The translations under genes were made by a program, and so were the position numbers. From NCBI GenBank assembly GCA_030064845.1, contig JASJEC010000003.1, forward strand, positions 69,138 through 133,137: 64,000 nucleotides of DNA. Direction: 5' to 3'. Under the pieces are notes generated by a model that saw nothing but the letters and a program-made list of their open reading frames with translations, ran no database searches and had not been told where the DNA came from. This document shows positions 9,811 through 18,290 of this stretch, piece after piece. The DNA comes from Kiloniellales bacterium (GTDB lineage Bacteria; Pseudomonadota; Alphaproteobacteria; Kiloniellales; JAKSDN01). Numbering within the stretch: position 1 is the stretch's first letter; each line of letters starts with the position of its first letter.

Positions 9811-10624
9811 GCAGTATCGCCGCGACGGCTTCCTCGCGCCGCTTCCGGGGCTGACCCCGCAGGAGGCCGGCGAGATCCGCGGCCAGGTCGAGGCCTTCGG
9901 GCGCCGCCACGGCGTCAAGGAAGCGCTGATCCTGCGCAACAAGGCGCACCTCAAGATGCCGTCGCTGATGCCGGTCATCAAGGACCCGCGCATCCTCGAC
10001 GTGGTCGAGTCGGTGCTCGGCCCCGACCTCCTCTGCTGGGGTTCCAGCCTCTTCATCAAGGAGCCCGGCGGGCCCGAGTACGTCGCCTGGCACCAGGACT
10101 CCTACTACTGGGACATGGACCCGGCCGACGTCTGCGTGGTCTGGGTCGCGCTGATCGAGAGCACCGAGCAGAACGGCGCCATGCGGGTCATTCCCGGCAC
10201 CCAACTGGTGCCCTTCAAGCCCCACAAGGCCTCGGAGCAGGGCAGCGGCAACATGCTCTTCACCTACGAAGAGGCCGACGTCGAGGTCGATGAGAAAGAC
10301 GCGGTCTACTGCCTGCTGCAGCCGGGCGAGATGTCCCTGCACCACATGGGCATCATGCATGGCTCGCCGCCGAACCGCTCGAACGACCGCCGCATGGGCT
10401 ATTCGATCACCTATGTCGCGTCCCACGTGAAGCACCGCGGCAAGCGGGACTCGGCGCTCTTGGTGCGCGGCGAGGATCGCTACGGCTATTACCGGGACGA
10501 CCCGGTCAGCGCCGAGGAGATGGACCCCGAGGTCTGCGCCTTCATCGACGCGCCCTACGGCGGCAACCTGCCGGCGCAGCTCCGCGCCGAGCGGCCGGAC
10601 CAGAGCTTCTACCGCAAGGCCTGA
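9779..10624 (+). CDS. phytanoyl-CoA dioxygenase (PhyH) family Fe(II)/2-oxoglutarate dioxygenase
   Basis: 281-aa ORF. N-terminus LSKAQVEQYRRDGFL. WHQDSYYW carries the His-x-Asp iron ligands, and HHMGIMHGSPPNRS carries the distal His. Overlaps the upstream gene by 32 nt. Confidence 0.8.
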   Translation: MSGSLSKAQVEQYRRDGFLAPLPGLTPQEAGEIRGQVEAFGRRHGVKEALILRNKAHLKMPSLMPVIKDPRILDVVESVLGPDLLCWGSSLFIKEPGGPEYVAWHQDSYYWDMDPADVCVVWVALIESTEQNGAMRVIPGTQLVPFKPHKASEQGSGNMLFTYEEADVEVDEKDAVYCLLQPGEMSLHHMGIMHGSPPNRSNDRRMGYSITYVASHVKHRGKRDSALLVRGEDRYGYYRDDPVSAEEMDPEVCAFIDAPYGGNLPAQLRAERPDQSFYRKA

Positions 10625-10634
10625 GGCCTCCCCC

Positions 10635-10829
10635 ATGAGCTGGCTTCAACGAGCCCGGGCGGCCCTGCGCCGCAAGCTCACCGAGATGGATTGGGCCGAA
10701 CAGGACGAGGCCCACCTTGCGACCCGAGGCGACCGCCCCTTCCCCGGCTGCCGCCCGGACGCGCCCAACGAGGAACCGCCCGAGGCGCGCGACAACCGCG
10801 TGGCCCAGCCGCGCCGCCCTAAGAGCTGA
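10635..10829 (+). CDS. small hypothetical protein (64 aa), doubtful
   Basis: The ORF has very high third-position GC, which looks coding. It starts 10 nt after the PhyH stop with no clear RBS, and its stop abuts the stop of the convergent DUF3604 gene. No family recognised. Confidence 0.3.
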   Translation: MSWLQRARAALRRKLTEMDWAEQDEAHLATRGDRPFPGCRPDAPNEEPPEARDNRVAQPRRPKS

Positions 10830-13073
10830 TCACCGAAACACGTAGATCGGACTCGACCAGACCAGGTGGCCATCCTCCTGGGTGAGGCAGAGGTAGAGCG
10901 CGTTGTCCCGGTCGTCGCGCAGGGCGACCCGGCGCTCGATCCGCACCTCCCGGTGCGGGTTCTCGTCGGGCAGGCGGAACACGCGGACTTGTCTCCGGAT
11001 GCCGCCGGCCTCGAAGACCCTGTCTTCCATACCGATCTCGGCGATCGGGATCTCGGCCTGGACCAGGGCGGTCTCGATCTTGAGGGTGCCGGCCTTCGGG
11101 TCTTCCAGCCAGGCGTCGAAGCCGCCGAAGCCGCCGGTGGTCAGCGCGGTCCATTCCAGGCTGCCGGGGCCGGTCTGTTCGAAGCGCTTGTCCAGGTTGT
11201 AGCGGTTGATCGGCGCCAGGCGCTCGAAGCTGTTGCCGGTCAGATCGGCCCTGCCGTCCCAGACGGTCTCGCGGCCCCGGCCGCGGTACTCCGAGCCCTC
11301 CCAGAGCACCCGGATGCGCCGGCCCAAGTCGGCCTGCCCAAAGGGCCGGAAGGTCTCGAGGGTCTCGAGGCCGTTGCGCAGCTCGATCCGCTCGACCGGC
11401 GCCGCGGCGTGGGCGTCGATGGCCAAGGTGACCGCCGCGTCCGCCGAACGCAGGATGTCGCCCATCATGGCCTCGGTCGCCGGCCGGCTCGTCGTGGGGC
11501 CGAGATTGGGGTCCTCGTCGAACAGCTCGGCCGGTGTGTCGAAGACCGCCTTCACGTCCAAGATCATGCGGCAGCCCGTGGTGCCGTAGTGGTGACGCCG
11601 GCGCAGGGACTCGAGCAGGCCGTCGCGGGTAAAGGCGGGCGCCAGCATGCAGGTCAGCCCGCCGTAGGCGCCGAACTTGGTCGCGCCGGGGTGGCTCGCG
11701 CCCGGCCGGCCCTTGTGGCCGTCGGAGTTCGAGACGATGCCGACCCGGTAGCCCTGCTCCAGCGCGTCCTCGATCAGCCACTCGAAGGTGCCCCAGGCCG
11801 AGTGGACCTCGACCGCGCGTTCCAGGCGGATGTCGTGGGCCATCTTGATGTCGGCGTAGCGCCCGCCGATGTGGGCGAAGACCACGCAGTCCGCGTCCTT
11901 CAGCTTCTCGAATAGCTGTTCCGCCGAGTTGGCGTCGGTCTCGACGTCCGAGAGGTCGTCGACCAGGGCGTGGGACGAGCGGTGGATCGGCCGGCCCTCG
12001 GTCCGGTAGAGCACGTTGCGGTCGCCGCCCAGCCCCGTGTTGCCCGACCACTCGTAGCCCGGGAAGGTGATGAAGCTGTCGTCCTGGTTGAACTCGGCGG
12101 TGATCTCGTTCAGCCCGTGCCAGAAAGCCGTGGTGATCTGGAAGTCGTTGCCCTGGTGCGAGACGGCATCGAGGAAGGCCTTGTCGCGGGCGAAGTGGTG
12201 GAAGTCCCGCGCCGAGTTGGTGCCGATGGTCTCCTCCGACTGGCCGTGCAGGTCGCCCCAATAGGGCAGAAGCGCAGCCTCCTCGACGGCCCTGAGCGGG
12301 TTGGAACGGGCAGCGACGGAGCCGTCCTCGGCCAGAAGCTCGATGGTGAGGTCTCCCAGGGTCTCCGTCTTGAGGTCTTCGAGGATCACGGAGAACGCGC
12401 CGGGCTGGAATGTCACGGTCTCGGGCAGGCCGTCGACCGGCTGATTGGACCGGAGCCGGAAGGTCTGATCACAGCGGTCACTCGGGTTGCCCCAGGCGTC
12501 CTCGCCCTTGAGGCAGAGGCGGAAGGCCTCGCCGCGCCGCCGCAGGGTCGGCAGGGCCGCCTTCCAGCGCGCCGGCGGGCCCGGCACAATGGCGATCTCG
12601 GGCTGGACCGGCAGCTCGACGTAGTTGTAGGTCGCGATCGCGTCGACCAGGACGCGGAACTCGAAGGTGGCCTCGCAGAAGGTCTGGACCCGGATCCCGG
12701 GGCCGCCTTCGCGGCGGTCGCCGAAGCGCACGACGATTTGGTCGCCCTCGCGAAGAAAACCGCGCACGACCTTGATGTAGAGCGTCTTGTCCCAGGGCCG
12801 GATGTTGCGCTTCATGTCGTATTCGACGTGAAGCACGGCGCCGTTGGAGGCCTCGGCGGTGACGTAGTTGGGCGCCTTGGGATCGGTGAACTGGGGCCTG
12901 CCCATGTCGCTGGCGAAGCGGTGGACGATCTTGATCGAGCCCGTGTCGTCGATGCCGAAGAAGCCGGCCGTGTAGGTCAGGGTGAAGGACTGGTAGGAGC
13001 CCGCCTCGACCGGGCCGGCGGGCTCGACGGTCGCGCTGCCCATGCGGTCCGGCAGATAGGTCGAATGCGGCAT
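10830..13073 (-). CDS. DUF3604-family (PHP-like metal-dependent) protein
   Basis: ORF 10830..13301. ATG 13073 (MPHSTYLPDR...) follows GGAGA. The segments YWGDLHGQSEETIGTNS, FPGYEWSGNTGLGGDRNV and VHSAWGTFEWL match my memory of DUF3604 proteins. Confidence 0.7.
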   Translation of the reverse strand: MPHSTYLPDRMGSATVEPAGPVEAGSYQSFTLTYTAGFFGIDDTGSIKIVHRFASDMGRPQFTDPKAPNYVTAEASNGAVLHVEYDMKRNIRPWDKTLYIKVVRGFLREGDQIVVRFGDRREGGPGIRVQTFCEATFEFRVLVDAIATYNYVELPVQPEIAIVPGPPARWKAALPTLRRRGEAFRLCLKGEDAWGNPSDRCDQTFRLRSNQPVDGLPETVTFQPGAFSVILEDLKTETLGDLTIELLAEDGSVAARSNPLRAVEEAALLPYWGDLHGQSEETIGTNSARDFHHFARDKAFLDAVSHQGNDFQITTAFWHGLNEITAEFNQDDSFITFPGYEWSGNTGLGGDRNVLYRTEGRPIHRSSHALVDDLSDVETDANSAEQLFEKLKDADCVVFAHIGGRYADIKMAHDIRLERAVEVHSAWGTFEWLIEDALEQGYRVGIVSNSDGHKGRPGASHPGATKFGAYGGLTCMLAPAFTRDGLLESLRRRHHYGTTGCRMILDVKAVFDTPAELFDEDPNLGPTTSRPATEAMMGDILRSADAAVTLAIDAHAAAPVERIELRNGLETLETFRPFGQADLGRRIRVLWEGSEYRGRGRETVWDGRADLTGNSFERLAPINRYNLDKRFEQTGPGSLEWTALTTGGFGGFDAWLEDPKAGTLKIETALVQAEIPIAEIGMEDRVFEAGGIRRQVRVFRLPDENPHREVRIERRVALRDDRDNALYLCLTQEDGHLVWSSPIYVFR

Positions 13074-13191
13074 GGGCTTGTCTCCTTCCCTGGACGGCCC
13101 TTTCCAGGTACCAGAGGGAGGCGGTGCCAGGCAACGTTGACTGGCTTCCGCCGGCGCAGCAGACTGACGCCAGGCATTGGAGGGTGCAGCC

Positions 13192-13476
13192 ATGACCATC
13201 GAAGCCGTGCCCGAGGTCCAGCACGACGACGGGCGGGTCCGGGTGACCAAGTGGAACTTCGCGCCGGGCGCGGAGACCGGCTGGCACCGCCACGAGTACA
13301 ACTACATCGTGGTGCCCGTGACGACCGGCGCGCTCACCATTGTCAGCGCCGAGGGCGAGACTCGTTCCGAGCTCACCATCGGGCAGTCCTACGCCCGCAA
13401 AGTCGGGGTCGAGCACAACGTGATCAACCGCAACGACTTCCCCTTCGCCTTCGTCGAGATCGAGTTCCTGAAATAG
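13192..13476 (+). CDS. cupin domain protein
   Basis: ORF 13177..13476. ATG 13192 lies 7 nt after GGAGGG. GAETGWHRHEYNYIVVPVTTGAL...GVEHNVINRND fits the two-motif cupin pattern. Divergent from the DUF3604 gene. Confidence 0.75.
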   Translation: MTIEAVPEVQHDDGRVRVTKWNFAPGAETGWHRHEYNYIVVPVTTGALTIVSAEGETRSELTIGQSYARKVGVEHNVINRNDFPFAFVEIEFLK

Positions 13477-13487
13477 CGCTTGTCGTC

Positions 13488-13510
13488 ACCCTCGGGCTTG
13501 ACCCGAGGGT
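13488..13510. terminator. 9-bp stem hairpin between convergent genes (possible bidirectional terminator or single-arm relative of family B)
   Basis: ACCCTCGGG-CTTGA-CCCGAGGGT lies 12 nt after the cupin stop and 23 nt before the stop of the convergent hypothetical gene. There is no U-tract, so intrinsic-terminator status is uncertain. Confidence 0.35.
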
Positions 13511-13532
13511 TCGCTGATCCGACTGGAACTGT

Positions 13533-14318
13533 CTAGACCTGACAGAGTTCGCCCATGCCCGCCTTGCGAAGACATTCACAATAGGCGCGCACCAGAGCGG
13601 TTTGCCTGGCATGTTCACGTTCATGGCCGGGGTTGAACCAGCGAACCGCGACCACCTCGCCCTTGACCAGGACCCTTTGCGCGTAGCCGACCCCGTCCAA
13701 GACAAAGGCGAAACACGATGGGGCGTCAACCGCCTTGTCCACGAAGGTCTCCCAAGACGTGAACGGCGCCGGCGCCTCGTAATATCCGAGGTCTCCTTGC
13801 AAGTGGACCAGGCGTGACTCGTAGGGACGACGCGGAAGTCCCGCTTTCGCAACAGCATGGAAAACCGATTCCTCGCCCACTACGCCTTCCAGGGATAGAG
13901 ACTTTGGCCCGAAGCGAAAGGTGACCACTCTTTCGGTCGCGAAACTCGGCAAGATGATGAAGCGGGCGGCGCCGACGACACCGGGGTCCAGAGCGACCTT
14001 CTCCAAGGGCTCGAGACCGTAGCAACTCTCAATAAGCTCGCCGGAAACGTAGGTCTCGTAGAATTCCGCCTGCCGCTCGGCCTGGAGCAGGCTTTCGGCG
14101 ATCTCCGCCCGCCGCTCCTTCAACTCGTCCTCGTACTTGTAGCCCGGGGGTATCAGCCTGAGGAACCTTGGGATCCGATCGACCGGGCGCCATTCATAGT
14201 TGGTCCACTTGGAACGGTACTGGGCCTTTGGCCGCACGGTGCCTGCGCGAACGAGCTCGTCGAATTCTTCGAACGTCAGTTCGACCGGTTCGTCTTGGGG
14301 TGTCGGCCGGAATTCCAT
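13533..14318 (-). CDS. hypothetical protein (261 aa), no family recognised
   Basis: Clean ORF with somewhat lower GC than its neighbours. No signal peptide or motif that I recognise. Confidence 0.55.
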   Translation of the reverse strand: MEFRPTPQDEPVELTFEEFDELVRAGTVRPKAQYRSKWTNYEWRPVDRIPRFLRLIPPGYKYEDELKERRAEIAESLLQAERQAEFYETYVSGELIESCYGLEPLEKVALDPGVVGAARFIILPSFATERVVTFRFGPKSLSLEGVVGEESVFHAVAKAGLPRRPYESRLVHLQGDLGYYEAPAPFTSWETFVDKAVDAPSCFAFVLDGVGYAQRVLVKGEVVAVRWFNPGHEREHARQTALVRAYCECLRKAGMGELCQV

Positions 14319-14347
14319 AACGATGCAGTCTATCCTAAGGTAGTCAG

Positions 14348-14986
14348 ATGTTCCCTAGCCCCGAGACGCTCCTGATCTTCCTGGCGGCGGCCCTGGTCGT
14401 GGTGATCTCGCCCGGCCCCGCCAACCTCTACGTCGTGGCCCGCGCGATCGGCCAGGGCCTGCGCGGCGGCCTGCTCGCGACCCTGGGCCTGGCGGCGGGC
14501 GGCCTGGTCCACGTGGCCGGCGCGGCGCTCGGCCTCTCGGCCGTGTTCCAGTACTCGCCGCTGCTCTACACGGTGATGAAGGTGATCGGCGCCGTGTATC
14601 TGGTCTGGCTCGGGATCGGCTTGCTGCGCGCCCGGGCGAGCGGCGAGAGGCCCGAGGCCCTGGCCGGTGCCGCCAAGTCGGACCGGCGCATCCTGGCCGA
14701 AAGCGCGCTGGTCGAGATCCTCAACCCGAAGGTCGCGCTCTTCTACCTCGCCTTCCTGCCGCAGTTCGTCGACACGGCGGCGGGCTCGGTCGCGCTGCAG
14801 TCGCTATTCCTCGGCGGTCTTTTCACCTTGATGGCCCTGATCTGCGACCTCGCTTATGCCATGGCCGCCGGCCGCGCCGCGGAGACCTTTCGCAACAGCG
14901 GAACCGCCCGGCTTCTTCTCGACCGCCTCTCCGGCTCGGCTCTGATCGGAATCGGCGTCTGGATGGCCTCCGGCGCCAGGAGCTAG
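14348..14986 (+). CDS. LysE/RhtB family amino-acid efflux translocator
   Basis: 212 aa. The N-terminus LLIFLAAALVVVISPGPANLYVVARAI and multiple TM segments are typical of the LysE family. Confidence 0.85.
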   Translation: MFPSPETLLIFLAAALVVVISPGPANLYVVARAIGQGLRGGLLATLGLAAGGLVHVAGAALGLSAVFQYSPLLYTVMKVIGAVYLVWLGIGLLRARASGERPEALAGAAKSDRRILAESALVEILNPKVALFYLAFLPQFVDTAAGSVALQSLFLGGLFTLMALICDLAYAMAAGRAAETFRNSGTARLLLDRLSGSALIGIGVWMASGARS

Positions 14987-15106
14987 TCGCGTGCGTTTCG
15001 AGGACACGCAGGATCGGGCACCGACCGGACTGGCGCATCATCTTTGAACGACTGTGAACCCCGGTCAGAACGGCTCACACCGTTCGATGGGCGCGAGAGC
15101 GGCTGG

Positions 15107-16081
15107 TCACGCGACCTTCAGCGTTTCCTCGGGGCGGATCGGTCCGTCGTCCGGCGTCACCAGCGACAGACCGTCGCAGTCGCGCGCCGACACGCAGGTG
15201 CTGGTCAGGGTGCGCTCTTCCTCCAAGGGCCAAGGGCGCCCGCGATGCATGGTCGCCCGTTCGTCCCAGACAAGGAAATCGCCCGGTTCCCAGCGATGGG
15301 CATAGAGATATTCCGGCCGGGTGCAGAACGCGATCAGTTCCTCGGCGAGGGCCCGGGCGTCGTCCCAGTCCATGCCGCGCGCGCCGTAAATATGGTTCGC
15401 GATATAGAGGGCTTTTTCCCCGGTCACCGGATTGGGCCAGACGGCGCGCCACGCCTGCCCCTGATAGCGGTTCACTTCCGGAAGGTCCAAGAGCCGCGGG
15501 TCGGTGTCGATCCGCGAGGGCAGGATCGAGTGCAGGAACACCGTTGCTTCGGCTCTGTCCTTCAGCGCCTGCGGCAGGTCGTGCCAGGCGGCCCGGGTCG
15601 AGACGATTTCCGTTTCTCCCCCGCTCGACGGGACCACATGGGCGGTAATCGCGTTGATCAGCGCCGGTGTGCGCAGAAAGGTGCTGTCCGTGTGCCAGTG
15701 CTGGTTGGCGATCAGGTTCAGGACCTGGAGCGATTTCGCGTCTAGGGTCCCTTCGCCCGATTTCTCCAGGTTCGAGAGCTTCGGCACCGGCGGTCGGGCG
15801 CGCGGCGCGCTGCCCGCGGCATCGGCGGCCCTGTCTTCCAAGGGCCCGAAGAGAAGCGCGAAGTCGTTATGCGCCTCCGAATCCACCTCCTGGTTCCTGA
15901 AGAGCAGGAGCGAGTGCTGCTCGAACAAGGCCCGGATCTGCGGGAAATGCCGTTCTGCGGTGACCTCCCGCAGGTCGATCCCCTGGATCTCTACCCCGAA
16001 ACGAGGGTGAAGTGGTCTCGTGTCCATGACCGCATCCCACGCGATGGCCCGAACCGGCGGCGCTGTGCCGTGGTGCGGCAC
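15107..16081 (-). CDS. TauD/TfdA family Fe(II)/2-oxoglutarate dioxygenase
   Basis: 324-aa ORF. GTG 16081 has a perfect AGGAGG 8 nt upstream. LHPRFGVEIQGIDL and the HWHTDSTF His-x-Asp motif match the family. Confidence 0.85.
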   Translation of the reverse strand: MPHHGTAPPVRAIAWDAVMDTRPLHPRFGVEIQGIDLREVTAERHFPQIRALFEQHSLLLFRNQEVDSEAHNDFALLFGPLEDRAADAAGSAPRARPPVPKLSNLEKSGEGTLDAKSLQVLNLIANQHWHTDSTFLRTPALINAITAHVVPSSGGETEIVSTRAAWHDLPQALKDRAEATVFLHSILPSRIDTDPRLLDLPEVNRYQGQAWRAVWPNPVTGEKALYIANHIYGARGMDWDDARALAEELIAFCTRPEYLYAHRWEPGDFLVWDERATMHRGRPWPLEEERTLTSTCVSARDCDGLSLVTPDDGPIRPEETLKVA

Positions 16082-16128
16082 GCTAAACGCCTCCTATTCG
16101 TCCTGCAACCACCCCCGCCATTCGCTTT

Positions 16129-18117
16129 CTAAAGGGCCAGGCCCAGCTTCCGCCCCTCGTAGATCGCCAGGTTGGCCTGGCGCGGTGCGACGCAGTCGCC
16201 AATACTGCGGACCTCGATTGCGCTGCCATCCAGGGCCTGGTGCAGGGTGGTCTCGGCCTCGTTGGGGGTCGCCAATACCAGGGAGTCGAAGGGCAAGCGC
16301 CGCTCGCTGCCGTCCAGCAGGTCGCGAATCGTCGCCGCGTCGCCATGCCACTCGGCCAGGGCGGATTCGGTGAAGAAGGTTACGCCGAGACCCTTGAGAC
16401 GGCCGCGCAGCGGCCCGTCGACAGCCGTGCGTTCCAGTTCCTTGGCGACCACCGGGGACGGCGTCACCAGGGTGACCGCGTGGCCCTGCTCGGCCAGATG
16501 CCAAGCGGTGCCGCTGCCGCGCCAGTTGGCCCCGTCGTCGAGCAGCAGCACGGCCTTGCCGAGGCGCGCCGCGCGGCCCATCACCTCCTCGACCGACCAG
16601 ACGTTGCCCCGCTCGACGCCGGGCAGGGTCTCGAGGTGGGGCAAGGCGCGCTGGAAGCCGGTCCCGGTCGGCAGCGAGCCGGTCGCCAGGACCACCACGT
16701 CGGCGCCGAAGGCCTCGACCTCGGCGAGGTCGAACAGCGGCGTGTTGTAACGGACCTGGACCTGGAGCTTCTCGAGCTGGCCCTGGAACCAGGCGATGAG
16801 GTCGAGGATCTGGGCCCGGCGCGGCTGCAGGCCGGCCAGGCGGAACTGGCCGCCGAGCTGGTCCGAGGCCTCGGCCAGGGTCACCTGGTGGCCCCGCTCC
16901 GCCGCCACCCGGGCCGCCTCGAGGCCGGCCGGCCCGCCGCCGACCACCAGCACGCGCTTCGGATGCTCGGCGGGGGTGAAGCGGTCGCCGCCCCAGAGAT
17001 ACTCGCGGCCCGACGAGGGGTTGATCAGGCAGGAGATCCAATAGTCGCGGAAGCGCCGGCCCCAGCACATCTGGTTGCACGAGAGGCAGGGCCGGACGTC
17101 CTCGGGCCGATCCTCCATGGCCTTGGCCGCCATGTGGGGGTCGGCGATCTGGCCGCGCACGATCGAGACCATGTCGGCCTGGCCCGAACCGATCACCGTG
17201 TTGGCGTTCTCCGGCGTGCGGATGTGGCTCTCGGCCTGCACCTTGGCGTGGCTCACCACCCGCTTCAGGGCCTCGGCGAGGTTGGCGCCCAGCTTGTCCT
17301 CGTAGACCACCGTGGGGATCAGCTGGGCGAAGTCGAAGTAGCCGCCGGTGCCACAGGTCACGTAGTCCATCAGGCCGCGCTCGTCGTGCCAGGCGACGAT
17401 CTCCTGCAGCACCTCCAGCGAGTTGGCGACCTGCGCCCCGGTGTCGACCGAGACCGCCAGGCCGATGATGAAGCCCTCGCCGACCAGCGCACGCGTACGG
17501 CGGATGATCTCGCTGGAGAAGCGCATGCGCTTCTCGAAGCTGCCGCCCCATTCGTCGTCGCGCAGGTTGGACCAAGGCGTCCAGAACTGCTCGATCAGGC
17601 CGTGGTAGTTGGCGAAGAGCTCGATTCCATCGAAGCCCGACTCGCGGGCCCGCCGCGCCGCCTGGACGAAGCTCTCGATCATCTCCTCGACCTCGGCGCC
17701 GGTCATGGCGTGGCTGCCGTCGGAGTCGTGGTAGGACGGCCGGCCCGAGGGCGACCAGTTGGGCTCGAAGGAGTTGTCGGCGTCGCCGTGCTGGCCGACG
17801 TGGTAGACCTGCTGGATCATCACCGTGTCGTAGGCGTGGCAGGCCTCGGTGATGCGCCGGAAGGCCGGGACGATGGAGTCGTCCTCGTGGCGGAAGTTGC
17901 CGCGGGTCAGCACGCCGGTCCGGTGTACGGGTACGGGCTCGACCACGATCATCGCCGCCCCGCCGCGCGCCCGCTCCGTATAGTAGCCCAGGTGCCGTTC
18001 GCCCGGCAGGCCGGCCTCGGCCATGTTGGCCGTATGGGCGCCGAACACCAGGCGGTGCTTCAAGGTCTTGTGCCGCAGCTGCAGCGGCTGGAAGAGATGG
18101 GGAAAGAGTTTCGACAT
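16129..18117 (-). CDS. NADH:flavin oxidoreductase (OYE-like FMN domain + 4Fe-4S motif + FAD/NAD(P) domain; 2,4-dienoyl-CoA reductase / amine dehydrogenase family)
   Basis: ORF 16129..18204. ATG 18117 (MSKLFPHLFQPLQLRHKTLKHRLVFGAHT) gives the family-typical N-terminus. It carries a CLSCNQMCWGRRFRDYWISC cysteine motif and a VLVVGGGPAGLEAA dinucleotide fold. Confidence 0.85.
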   Translation of the reverse strand: MSKLFPHLFQPLQLRHKTLKHRLVFGAHTANMAEAGLPGERHLGYYTERARGGAAMIVVEPVPVHRTGVLTRGNFRHEDDSIVPAFRRITEACHAYDTVMIQQVYHVGQHGDADNSFEPNWSPSGRPSYHDSDGSHAMTGAEVEEMIESFVQAARRARESGFDGIELFANYHGLIEQFWTPWSNLRDDEWGGSFEKRMRFSSEIIRRTRALVGEGFIIGLAVSVDTGAQVANSLEVLQEIVAWHDERGLMDYVTCGTGGYFDFAQLIPTVVYEDKLGANLAEALKRVVSHAKVQAESHIRTPENANTVIGSGQADMVSIVRGQIADPHMAAKAMEDRPEDVRPCLSCNQMCWGRRFRDYWISCLINPSSGREYLWGGDRFTPAEHPKRVLVVGGGPAGLEAARVAAERGHQVTLAEASDQLGGQFRLAGLQPRRAQILDLIAWFQGQLEKLQVQVRYNTPLFDLAEVEAFGADVVVLATGSLPTGTGFQRALPHLETLPGVERGNVWSVEEVMGRAARLGKAVLLLDDGANWRGSGTAWHLAEQGHAVTLVTPSPVVAKELERTAVDGPLRGRLKGLGVTFFTESALAEWHGDAATIRDLLDGSERRLPFDSLVLATPNEAETTLHQALDGSAIEVRSIGDCVAPRQANLAIYEGRKLGLAL

Positions 18118-18290
18118 GGCCCCTGGCGCCCTCCGCCCTGGTTTAGGGGCAACGTTAGACCCTTCGGCGGGCGGCGCGCAATCGCGTGCCTCACCGGTCA
18201 TCACATCTCGGTTATGAAGCCCTCCCCCGCCTTTCTTCTTCGGCCGAAGCCCGGTAGTTAGCGCCGCTCGGTCCGAGATGGAGAGGTTGC

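Noticed and set aside
8446-10059. 537-aa minus-strand ORF
   Set aside because: Antisense to the EPSPS-like and PhyH genes, both of which carry clear family motifs. Shadow ORF.
10830-13301. Full 823-aa extent of the DUF3604 ORF
   Set aside because: The first 76 codons lack a coding-like N-terminus and would overlap the divergent cupin gene's start. ATG 13073, with GGAGA upstream, gives the expected N-terminus, so the longer form was not used.
16240-18261. 673-aa plus-strand ORF
   Set aside because: Antisense to the OYE-FAD flavoenzyme gene. Shadow ORF.
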